Assembly: GCA_918797485.1 (NCBI GenBank)
Contig: CAKKNE010000002.1
Coordinates: 3,844,001 to 3,908,000, forward strand
Reading direction: 5' to 3'
Origin: Pelagomonas calceolata
Lineage: Eukaryota
Length of the DNA stretch: 64,000 nucleotides
Positions 1 through 9,110 of this stretch are shown in pieces; positions within the stretch are counted from its first letter, which is position 1; each line of letters starts with the position of its first letter. The position numbers were made by a program, and so were the translations under genes. The notes below the pieces were generated by a model that saw nothing but the letters and a program-made list of their open reading frames with translations, was not told the DNA's origin and did not search any database.

Positions 1-423
1 TAAACCGCGGCAGACCTGCTCGAAGGCGAGCCAGACCCAGTCCTCCGGTAGAAAGTAGGCCCGGTCACCTAATGTTCTTCGCTTGAGTAGCTGAGCTAAA
101 TCACCTCCTGCCGCGTAGTCCAGGACCACGTACAGGCGCGCGCGTTCCCAGAAGTGCCCGTGGCAGCCGATGAGGTGCGGGTGCCGCCCGACGCGCCTTA
201 ACAAATTGGCCTCGTGGTCCGCAGGCGCCCGCTTCCCCAGCTCCGCGACGCGCCTCTCTTTCAACACGAGAATCTTCTTGTCGCTCCGCCGTCGGACTTT
301 GTATACCGCGCCCGTATTTGAGCGGAACAACTCCTCAATTATGATGTAGTCCTTCAGCGTGTGCTTGGCGCAGGGGTTGTCCCGGACCTTGTCCCTATCC
401 AGGGCGAAGGGCGGCGCGCCCAT
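1..423 (-). CDS. Ser/Thr protein kinase, NEK/NIMA-like, N-terminal part (runs off window edge)
   Basis: Not in the ORF track. Manual translation from ATG at 423: MGAPPFALDRDKVRDNPCAKHTLKDYIIIEELFRSNTGAVYKVRRRSDKKILVLKE...HEANLLRRVGRHPHLIG...LYVVLDYAAGGDLAQLL...WLAFEQVCRGL, matching kinase subdomains I-VIa. Confidence 0.8.
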   Translation of the reverse strand, partial: MGAPPFALDRDKVRDNPCAKHTLKDYIIIEELFRSNTGAVYKVRRRSDKKILVLKERRVAELGKRAPADHEANLLRRVGRHPHLIGCHGHFWERARLYVVLDYAAGGDLAQLLKRRTLGDRAYFLPEDWVWLAFEQVCRGL

Positions 424-671
424 CGCGGCTCGTCGACCGGCGGCTAGGTTGTCCTTGATAAAAACTACCGGCTGCAGTCGCCGAGCAGCAGCCGCGGGCA
501 GCCTCGGGCAGCCTCGGACAGCCTCGATGGCGTCTCGCAACGCAGCGGCGTCGCGTCAACGCCGTCGAAATGCCGCAACGGCGCCGCCGCGCTGTGCCTA
601 ACGTGCGGGGTGATCAGTTTGCGGCGCCCAAGCGTACGTTTGGCCGCGCCGCGGCCACCGCGGCTCCAGCC

Positions 672-3600
672 ATGGTGGAAATGGCGGACGAGGGTGCGAC
701 GGCCGCCGGGGCCGCCGCCGACGCCGAGCTGGCCCGCGCGGCGGAGCTCAAAGCCCAAGCAACAAACCACCACAAACAAGGCGAGTACGCCGAGGCCATC
801 GCGGCCTACGACGAAGCGTTGCAATGCTACGCCGAGCCCGTGGACCCCATGGACCCCAGCCACTGGGGCGAGACGCCGGACCAACGAGCCCAGCGCGAAC
901 TAGACGAGCTCGAGCGCCTGATGGGTGATACAAGGGAAGAAATGGGCCTGCCGCGGAAGCCGCTGACGGATCCTAATGCGAGAAAACACAAGGTACCTCT
1001 TAGGAAGCGACGAATCCCCGGCGCGAAGCGGTCCAAGATGTACGCGCGGCTGTCGAACCACCACCTCTGCAACACTGGTAAACATTTCTGCTGCGCGGCG
1101 TCGCTGGGCCCGAAGGGCGGGCCCGAGGCTATGATGGAAGCGGTTGCAGCGCGGCGGGAGAGAGGAGAGAAGGCTAGAAAAGCGTGGAATAGAATAGATC
1201 TGCGCCGCACGCGCGGGACTGACGACGGGCCCGGCCCGGCGGCTTATGTCAATAGAGCGACGCGGTTCGGGGACGTAGCGACGGAAGTTGCTCCTCCAAA
1301 AAATCGGAAGCGGCCCGCGCCGCCGGACGAGAAGCCTTGTGCGGTGTGCTACGACCACTGCTGGTACGGATGTGGGTGCGCGTGCCACGACTCGGACGGT
1401 GGCGAATTATCCGAAGAGGACGAGGAGGCGAGCGACGGCGAAGTGCTCTCAACGGAAATTCCGTTGCCGGCGCGCGACGGACCGCGTCCTTCAAAACCAA
1501 CGCCGCCGCGGTGGCTCCGCCAGCTGCTCGGAAGAGAGGAGGAAGACTTTGAGGTGGCGCTGCGGGACTTGGAAATCGCGCTCCGGAGGCCGCCGTCGCT
1601 GCCCGACGAGGGAAACGAGAGGGAATGTCTCGTGGTCGCCCGCTATTTAAAAGCCGCCGGGCCGGACGCGGCGGCGTGGCTCGAGTTGGATGAAGAGACG
1701 CTCCGGCTGCGGTTGTCGGGGCAGGTCAGCCTCCACGATCTCCGGGACGTTTGTGGAGGCGCCTTGTCGTGGTCGGCGCTGCGCGCCGCGTCGTTAAGGA
1801 CGGTACTGGCGCCAAAACGCGTCGCGCGGCGCGTCAACGCTTCGATAAGAGCGGCCAAGGGCCGCGTCGCCGATGTCTTTGCGAGGGCCTGCGACGACGG
1901 TATTTGTAAGGCCCGCGCGCTGGCCGAGGCGCTGGCGCCGCTCGCGGGGCCCTTCGTTCGCAACGACGCGTTATGTGCGGCCGAGGCGCGACCTGCGGAA
2001 ACCGCTCCCGAAAGCGGGTGCCCCGACTGCGCCGACGCGTGCTGGTACGGCTGCGACTGCCCGTGCCACGATCAGCTTATGTCCGAGGAGGAGGAGGAGG
2101 TTATATCAAGGGAGCCGCCGGCGCTCGGCGCGTCCATACACGTGCGCGTCGCCGGCGCGACGCAGTGCTTCCCGGCGAAAGTCGCCTGCGTCTACGAGGA
2201 CGCCATCGACGTGCTCTACGACGACGCTGAAACGTTCGAGGCGCGCGTGCCGCTCTCGAGGGTCCAAGGGTATGACGTTCAGAGAAGGATTCCGAGGGCC
2301 CGGACGCCGCGCGTACCCCGGAAAAGGCCGCCAGTCCACGAGGAGGCCAAGGAGGCCTGCGTCGAGCCGCGCGCCGACAAGCATATCTTGACGTGGCATA
2401 AACCGGCCGAGCAGAAGCCGCCCGTCTCCACGAATGACGGGCTGGAGCGGCACTCGCAGGTTTTAAACGGAGAAAAGGTCCTGGGACGACGAGTCAAGGG
2501 TGTCCGGGCGTGGTCTACTGTTGAAATGAAAGACGGCAAGGAGACGCGCGTGCACCCGCGCCGCTTTCCGGAGACGCCGCGGAAGGAGTCGCCGCGCTCC
2601 CTCAAGACGCCGCGGTCGCTGCACGACGGGCTCAAGAAGCACGTGCCTACTTTTGGTTTTGGCGAGGCGCCCTCCTCATCATCCGAAGACGAGGTCCTCC
2701 CGGGCCCCGGCGAGTACGACCGGCCGGAGGAGGCGCCCGCGCCCGGCGGTCGCATGAACCCGCTGCCGTCGCAGAAGATCAAACCCTTCGCGAAGCTGGC
2801 CATGGCGCGGCGGCGGCGGCCGACGAAGGCGCCCGGCGAGTACGACGTCGTGGAGACGGACGTTGTGAATGGCCGCTTCCGGACGCTGAAGGGCGGCGTG
2901 CGCATGGAAGAAAGTAAGACGCAACGGCGCACGAGGCCCGTCGAAGCTCAGAAACAACTGGCCGAGCTCGAGGCGCTCGTCGCGCTGAGGGACAAGAAGG
3001 CGCGGCGGCGGCGTCGCATGCAACGACGCGAGGCGCGCCTCCGGCGCCAGCGCGACAAGGAGGAGCAGCGGGAGTTCGCGCGGTGGCGCAGCGCGAAGAT
3101 GTCTGATTCGTCCTACACGGACTCGTCCTACACGTCCTCTTCATCATCCTCGTCGTCGTCGTCATCATCATCATCATCCGAAGAAGATCTAGCTCCCGTC
3201 GACAAGGACCGGCTCGTCCGGAAACGCTCCACGTCCATAGTCATCGGCAAGCCCACGGAAGACAACAAGCACGTCGCGCGCAAGAAGTATCTCGAGAAGG
3301 AGTCCGAAGCGCGACGGGGCGTCGGCGCCTACGACATTGACAAGGCCCAGCGGGCCGTCGAGAAGGAGGTCCCGCACGCGGCGCTCTTCGGGGACGAAGT
3401 GGCCGCGCGCGAGCGCCACGTCAAGACGAAGGGCGACGTCGTCCGGGAAGCTCGGAAGAAGATTGATGAAGAGCGGGACGCGACGCGGCCGATCCTGGCG
3501 TCCCAGGCGCAGGTGCCCTGGGCTTCTGTCAAGGACGACGCGAGGCCGGAGGAGTTAGCGTTCAGACGGTTCCTGAAGCCCGACCGGGCGTCGGTGCGGT

Positions 3601-5063
3601 ACATGGACGCGCCGGCGACGCCCGAGGCCCTCCGCAAGAAGCGGGAGCTCGAGGACGTTGCGAAGGCGAATCGCGACCTGCGACCGCCGGGCAAGGAGAT
3701 TATGAAGGAAGCGCACTTGAATGCTGTACAATACGACATCCAACGGGGCCGCGACGTCATTGAAATTACGGCCAAGGACGAGATCCACCTGTCGACCTTC
3801 GGCTCTCCAACTTTACATCGGAAGCGCGACGCTCCATTAACTCCGGAGAACGTCGAGCAGGCCTTGGCGTACCTCGAGGGCTCGCCGGCCAACATCACGT
3901 CGTTCGTCGCGCCGGCTCGGTCGGAGGCCGTGGGCCCCTTCGGCGAGCGGCCCGAGGACGCCTTGGTGGAGGGCGAGGGCGACCATCTGGAACTAGATGT
4001 GGAGAGGGCCAAGGCCTTCCTCGACGCGGAGCGCGATGCCATGCAGCTCGGCAGGGCGCCGCGCTTCCCGTCCCCCGTGTATGAAGATCACGACGGCGAC
4101 GTCCTCGACCTCGACGTGGCCGACAAGAAAGGCGTCGGCGACGCCCCCGCGAAAGGTTTTAGGTACTCCTCCTTCAAGACGCAGCCCGGGCGAGGAGTTG
4201 TGAAGAAGAACGATGACCAGGGCGACGTGCTCGAGCTCTCGCCGCACTCGCCGCCACAAAAGGTGCCCGCGGCGGTCATCGGCCGCGAGGAGCGCTGGAC
4301 GGAGTATTCGGATGACGACACGGGCCTGATCCTGTCGCCTAAAAAGGTGGAGAAGCACCGACCCGGCTTCTCCCTCGAGAAGGCGCCAGATCGGTGGCGC
4401 GTCTCGGACGAGATACCTGAGGAAGTTATTGTGGACCATGACAAGGTCGAACGAGCGAAGCGACGGGCCTGGGCCGCGCCGGTGCCCGATCTAGCGGCGG
4501 GCGGCGACCGCTTCGTCGAGAACTCGGTGGACGAGCCCGCCTTGCAGTTAAATCCGAACGACAGCGTGCTGTCGACGCGGGGCGTGACGTCGCAGCTCGG
4601 CGCGCTGTCCTTCGGCAAGCGGCCCGGGCGGTCGAAGACCAAGGAGGAGGCCGGCCACGTGCTCGAGCTCGATCCGGGCGAGCGGCCGCGCGACCGGGTC
4701 CAGGGCGCGGCCGACTGGGCGCGCGAGGCGCCGCGGTCGCCGCTCCAGAACGTCGACGAGGGCAACACGCTCGTGCTCGAGCCCGAGCGCGGTCGGCCCG
4801 CGGCGGCGCCCAAGGGCCACGTGTCCATGGCGACGGCGCCGGGCCGCCACGTGCCGACGCGCGACCCCGGCGGCGACGTGCTCACGCTGAACGTGACCGA
4901 CCCGGGCCTCAAGCGCCAGGACCGCGCGGTCTCGTTCGCGAGCGCGCCGAACAAGCCCAAGCTCCCGAAGAAGAAGAAGAAGCGGCCGCGCCGCCAGCGG
5001 CCGCGGCCGGCGTCGGCCATGGGGCGGGCCCTGAAGGCGCTCGGGAGCGTGCGATTCTTTTAA
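672..5063 (+). CDS. Large multidomain protein: TPR, duplicated Cys/His motif, Tudor-like barrel, STPG/SHIPPO-like repeats, C-terminal repeats (probably ciliary)
   Basis: 1497-aa ORF, first ATG at 672; TPR-like AAELKAQATNHHKQGEYAEAIAAYDEAL; Tudor-like FPAKVACVYEDAIDVLYDD; PGPGEYD and APGEYD motifs. Confidence 0.7.
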   Translation: MVEMADEGATAAGAAADAELARAAELKAQATNHHKQGEYAEAIAAYDEALQCYAEPVDPMDPSHWGETPDQRAQRELDELERLMGDTREEMGLPRKPLTDPNARKHKVPLRKRRIPGAKRSKMYARLSNHHLCNTGKHFCCAASLGPKGGPEAMMEAVAARRERGEKARKAWNRIDLRRTRGTDDGPGPAAYVNRATRFGDVATEVAPPKNRKRPAPPDEKPCAVCYDHCWYGCGCACHDSDGGELSEEDEEASDGEVLSTEIPLPARDGPRPSKPTPPRWLRQLLGREEEDFEVALRDLEIALRRPPSLPDEGNERECLVVARYLKAAGPDAAAWLELDEETLRLRLSGQVSLHDLRDVCGGALSWSALRAASLRTVLAPKRVARRVNASIRAAKGRVADVFARACDDGICKARALAEALAPLAGPFVRNDALCAAEARPAETAPESGCPDCADACWYGCDCPCHDQLMSEEEEEVISREPPALGASIHVRVAGATQCFPAKVACVYEDAIDVLYDDAETFEARVPLSRVQGYDVQRRIPRARTPRVPRKRPPVHEEAKEACVEPRADKHILTWHKPAEQKPPVSTNDGLERHSQVLNGEKVLGRRVKGVRAWSTVEMKDGKETRVHPRRFPETPRKESPRSLKTPRSLHDGLKKHVPTFGFGEAPSSSSEDEVLPGPGEYDRPEEAPAPGGRMNPLPSQKIKPFAKLAMARRRRPTKAPGEYDVVETDVVNGRFRTLKGGVRMEESKTQRRTRPVEAQKQLAELEALVALRDKKARRRRRMQRREARLRRQRDKEEQREFARWRSAKMSDSSYTDSSYTSSSSSSSSSSSSSSSEEDLAPVDKDRLVRKRSTSIVIGKPTEDNKHVARKKYLEKESEARRGVGAYDIDKAQRAVEKEVPHAALFGDEVAARERHVKTKGDVVREARKKIDEERDATRPILASQAQVPWASVKDDARPEELAFRRFLKPDRASVRYMDAPATPEALRKKRELEDVAKANRDLRPPGKEIMKEAHLNAVQYDIQRGRDVIEITAKDEIHLSTFGSPTLHRKRDAPLTPENVEQALAYLEGSPANITSFVAPARSEAVGPFGERPEDALVEGEGDHLELDVERAKAFLDAERDAMQLGRAPRFPSPVYEDHDGDVLDLDVADKKGVGDAPAKGFRYSSFKTQPGRGVVKKNDDQGDVLELSPHSPPQKVPAAVIGREERWTEYSDDDTGLILSPKKVEKHRPGFSLEKAPDRWRVSDEIPEEVIVDHDKVERAKRRAWAAPVPDLAAGGDRFVENSVDEPALQLNPNDSVLSTRGVTSQLGALSFGKRPGRSKTKEEAGHVLELDPGERPRDRVQGAADWAREAPRSPLQNVDEGNTLVLEPERGRPAAAPKGHVSMATAPGRHVPTRDPGGDVLTLNVTDPGLKRQDRAVSFASAPNKPKLPKKKKKRPRRQRPRPASAMGRALKALGSVRFF

Positions 5064-5066
5064 GTT

Positions 5067-5134
5067 GTACTACTGATACTACTGATACTACTATCACAAC
5101 GTACTACTGATACTACTGATACTACTATCACAAC
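5067..5134. repeat. 34-bp direct tandem duplication with internal 9-bp repeats
   Basis: gtactactgatactactgatactactatcacaac at 5067-5100 and 5101-5134. Confidence 0.95.
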
Positions 5135-5667
5135 GTTATTGTCTCCGACGGACCGCCGGGCGGTTCGTCGTCGCCGAAGAAGTCGTCCTCGGCCGCGTCC
5201 GTGCCCGTCGCGCCGGCCGCCGGCTTCCAGTGCAGCATCACGCGTCGCAGCGCGTGCGGCTGGTGCGCGCACGCGTTCCCGTCGCTACACCGCCAGCCCG
5301 TCGTCTCGCCGTCGCACGCGAGCGCCGACGCCAGCGCCGACACCTGCACGAGATGCGTGCCGCGGCAGCCGTCGCAAAACGCCGCGCCGCACTCGTCGCA
5401 GGTCGGCGCGGCGCCGAGCAGCGCGTCGCAGCGTGCGCCGCACGCGAGGCACTCAAGTTTTTCGCCCGCGCCGACGCAGGCCAGGAGGCCGCAAGCGAAG
5501 GAATCGAGGGGTTCCTCCCGCGCGATTCGCCGTCGCGGCGGCGGCGGCGGCGGCGGCGGAGGAAACGCGTCGCCAATGTCCGGCAGGTCGGTTTCGTCGC
5601 CGCGCTCCTTCAGTTCCATGGCCGGGGCGCTCGGTTTTCGCAGGGGTTTCAGGGACGGGGTGCTCAT
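5128..5667 (-). CDS. Small Cys-rich protein, probable zinc finger
   Basis: CLAC...CDECGAAFCDGC...H and C..C.H clusters; ATG at 5667. Confidence 0.6.
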   Translation of the reverse strand: MSTPSLKPLRKPSAPAMELKERGDETDLPDIGDAFPPPPPPPPPRRRIAREEPLDSFACGLLACVGAGEKLECLACGARCDALLGAAPTCDECGAAFCDGCRGTHLVQVSALASALACDGETTGWRCSDGNACAHQPHALRRVMLHWKPAAGATGTDAAEDDFFGDDEPPGGPSETITL

Positions 5668-5815
5668 GCCCTGCAGCACTGGTGTGCTCCTGGCTCTTGC
5701 CAGTGGTAGAAGTCGAGCCCAGTGAAATGAGGCGTCGAAATAAAAGTGAATATCTTAGAACTAGAAACGAGGGTGTGCCAAAATTCACGAAGCTTGTAAA
5801 ATCCGCAGCCTGCTA

Positions 5816-5838
5816 GCTAGCGTCTGTAAGGCACTAGC
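5816..5838 (-). promoter_or_regulatory. 24-bp intergenic CTAG-bounded motif copy
   Basis: Minus strand gctagtgccttacagacgctagc vs consensus GCTAGTGTCTTACAGGCCGCTAGC. Confidence 0.7.
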
Positions 5839-6027
5839 AAGCACGTAGCGTTCATCACCTTAAAACTGCTTGCGAGACCCGTTTCCGAGAGCCCCAGACC
5901 CTTGCCACCTGACAGCGCAGAACTGGAGACGCGCAGGAGGCCATCCCACCAGTGAGAGCACCTAGGCTCCGTGACACAGACACGCGCAGACACGCGCAAA
6001 AGCCATCTCAGGGGAGACGCATTGGTG

Positions 6028-7045
6028 ATGCCGGCCGGAAAGACATTACTGGTGCTGCTTGCACCATGGATCTCACAAGTGGCAGCATTTGCCCACGTCC
6101 ACTCACAGCCGCGGACCCGCAGCGTAGCCAAGAGCGCCGCCGGGGATTGTGACTCGCCGACTTCGCGACGCGACCTCCTCAAGGCGGCCTCGCTCACGGC
6201 TCTGGCCTTCCCGAACGCGGCGCTCGCCCTCGCCCAGATAACGGCTCCCTCACAAGAGCAGCTCAAGCTCTACGACCTGCCGCGCAACGCGCTCCAGGAC
6301 GCAGCCTTCGCGCAAGGCATGGCGTCGGGCATGGGCTCGTATGAGAGAGCTGCCTTCCCGACGAAGCAGCGCCTCTTCGAGAGAATGTTTGCGAAACTCC
6401 AGGACACCGCCGAGCCCACGATCGTAGAGATTGGGATAGGGAGCTTCCCGAACGCTCCGCTCAGGCCTGTGTGACAATCGACCCAGTTAGGGAGAGAACG
6501 TCGCGTCGATAGCGTAGAGAGCGGACGTCCCAATTTGAATCCCGCACAGGTATTACACCCCCCGACTCAAGGGCCGGGGCGGCCTCGACATCATCGGCGT
6601 GGACCCCAACGACCGCATGGAGAATTATGCAAGGGACAACGCGGCCAAGGCCGGCCTCGGTGCGACCAGCTCGCTGCGCGTCGTCCACGGCGTCTCCGAG
6701 GCCCTGCCGCTGGCGTCAAAGTCGTGCGACGCCGTCGTCTGCTCGCTGACGCTCTGCAGCGTCGTCGACCCGGCGCGGTCGGTCGCGGAGATCAAGCGCG
6801 TGTTGAGACCCGGCGGCCAGTTCGTCTTCTGGGAGCACGTCCTCTCGGAGACGGATCCTAGTTTCGCCGAGGAGCAGGTCCGGGCGACGCCCATGCAGAT
6901 CAAGCGCGCCGACGGCTGCCACCTCGATCGCCGGACGGGAGACATTATCCGCAAGGCCGGGTTCAGGTCCTGCGACCTCGAGTATCTGGAGTTGAAGGGC
7001 TTCGGGTTCCTGAATCCGACGGTTTGCGGTATTGCTACGGCATAA
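6028..7045 (+). CDS. SAM-dependent methyltransferase type 11 (METTL7-like), plastid-targeted; exons 6028-6458 and 6550-7045
   Basis: Motif I VEIGIGSFPN, IIGVDPN, CDAVVCSLTLCSV, RVLRPGG, GCHLDR; the two ORFs join in frame across intron 6459-6549; signal peptide ending VAA-F. Confidence 0.85.
6459..6549 (+). mobile_element. GC-AG intron, introner-like (degenerate TIR)
   Basis: GCtcaggc + ctgtgtgacaatc...gaatcccgcacAG; removal restores NAP-YYTP reading frame. Confidence 0.7.
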
Positions 7046-7152
7046 GTATTTGTTTTGTGACTTACTCGCCTCGCGTGTCGCGCGCTACACGCCATCGACG
7101 TCCAGAGATAAAATCCAAGCCAACTTACGCAGAGGGGAGGGGACACGCATCG

Positions 7153-8655
7153 CTAGATGTCCAGGTCCGCGTACTGCGCGCCGGCGTTATCGGTGTCGAT
7201 GCCGAGCTCCTCGTCGAGCGCCTTCTTGTCGAGGATGACCATGACGTTGTCCGCGAAGCGCGTCGAGATCTGCATCACTGAAGAAGTGTCGGCGGCGTTC
7301 CGCTGCGACGCTTCGAGGAGTTCCGCGGCCTCGGCCTGGAGCTTCTCGAGCTGCTCCGCGCGAGCCCGTAGAACAGCTAACAATTGATCTCTTTGACCCA
7401 TCAGCAGCTCCTCCTTGAGCTTGAACTTGTCCTGCGCGTCGCCCATGCAGACCTCGAACCACTTCTTGAAGCCCAGCGACTTCTTCATGTTGATCATGCG
7501 GTACAAGATTTTGGTCGTCAGCGTCGTCGACTCGTTGAACTTGCGCACCTTCTCGGCCCAGATCTTGAACGCAAACACGGACATGTTGCCCGTCATCTTC
7601 GCGAGGATCTTGATCAGCAATTCCTTCTGTTCGCCCGTGGCCCGATTCAACGCGGCCTGCATCGCGGCTTCTTGTCTTGATTCACATTCTTTCTCAAATG
7701 CTTTCGCCTTCCTCTCGAGGTCCTCCAATTCCTTGATCAATCTGTCTTTAAGAGCGATCTTCTGGACGAGGTCCCACTTCGTCGCGACGTACTTCCACTG
7801 CTGGTAGCCCTTGTGGAGCTGGCCCTTCAGCAGTCTTTTGAGGACCTTCTTCATGACGGCCTGCATGCGCTTCTTCCCGAAGGTCTGCATGTCCCAGTGC
7901 TGCCAGAAGACGCGCGTTTTCCCTTGGATCATCCGCGTGAAGATCTTCTTGCAGAGGTTCCTTTGTTTATCGGTCGCCGCGCCCATGGCCTGGGCCGCGG
8001 CCTCGTCGGCGCGCGCTTGCGCCTCCGCTTCCAACTTCTCGGCCTGCTCCTTGGCTGCCGCGACCTCCCGCAGTAACATTTTGAGCTCTTCGTCCGCCGA
8101 CAGCTGGTTGATCTTGATCGTGCCGTTGTACCACGCCGACCAGGCCTGGTAGTAGGTCATGTTCGACATCCTTGACAGGATCTTGATCATCATCTTGCGC
8201 TTGTGCTCCTCCTTGAGCTTGGCGAGCTTGGCCTTGAGGCGGTCGCGCTCCGCGGCCGCCTCCTCGGCGTCGGCGCAGAGCTCCTGGATCCAGCCGTCGT
8301 AGGCTGCGTGGGCACGGGGCGTGAGTACATGTGGGACGGCGCTCTCTCTTACGGACGTCGTGGCGGCGACGGCGCGGCGGTGGTTCGAAGGGCTCTCGCG
8401 GGGCGACGGCGTGGCGGCGTCGAGCGTTGTTTGTGTGGTCACGCGCAGTCCGCGGCGGCGGCGCGGCGGCGGGCGCTACGCCGCCGCCGCGCCACACACC
8501 GCCCGCGGCCGCCCGAGCGGCGGCGGCCGCGCGCGATAAGGTGTTCAGGGACGCGGGCGCGCACCCTGGCGCTGCTTCGACAGGTGGCTCTCGACCATGC
8601 GCACCGTCGAGCTCTTGACGCTCTTCGCCCGCCCGGCGAGCTTGTGGTTTTGCAT
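7153..8655 (-). CDS. Coiled-coil protein with Sfi1-like (centrin-binding type) Trp repeats; exons 8655-8565 and 8303-7153
   Basis: Exon 1 MQNHKLAGRAKSVKSSTVRMVESHLSKQRQ joins in phase via GTGCGC...CACGCAG intron 8304-8564; five repeats ending F/W/Y-x-x-W. Confidence 0.75.
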
Positions 8656-9110
8656 CGTGGAAGCGGCGCCCGGGAATCGGGGCTTTGTTCACTCGGCGAC
8701 CGCCAACCGCGCGTCCCGCGGCCGCCTGCTGCGGGTGGGCAGCTCCTCTGTCGCGCCGACGGCGTGTGAGGCCGCGCTGCCGAACAGGACGCGCTACAAA
8801 AGCAGCCCCCGGCCAAGCTCTCTGGCGGCGCGTTAAGTCGGAGGTGAACATTTTGGAAGTTTTTCCGGGACGCCTCTCCCTGTTTTGGCTTGTACCGAGG
8901 ACGTCTCGGCCGCCCGGAGCGGCTCGCCGACGGATGCGCGCCCCAAACCTTTCGGCTCTAGCTTGTGCAAAACTGAGAGCCGGTGGAGCCTCGCAAAGGC
9001 GCCCGTATGGCGGGGTCCGGGCTGCCTCGCATGGGTAGAGAGGCTTGATTGTACTCCAGACATACCCTGGTACCGGGGGGGCAGCGCGGCGGCGCGCGCG
9101 GGCCACCAAT

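Noticed and set aside
3118..3185. Poly-Ser (TCR)n tract
   Set aside because: Ordinary coding low-complexity run
5971..7045. Split methyltransferase as pseudogene or frameshift
   Set aside because: A 91-bp GC-AG intron restores the frame cleanly
8304..8442. ORF-track N-terminus of 7153-8442
   Set aside because: Falls inside the inferred GT-AG intron 8304-8564
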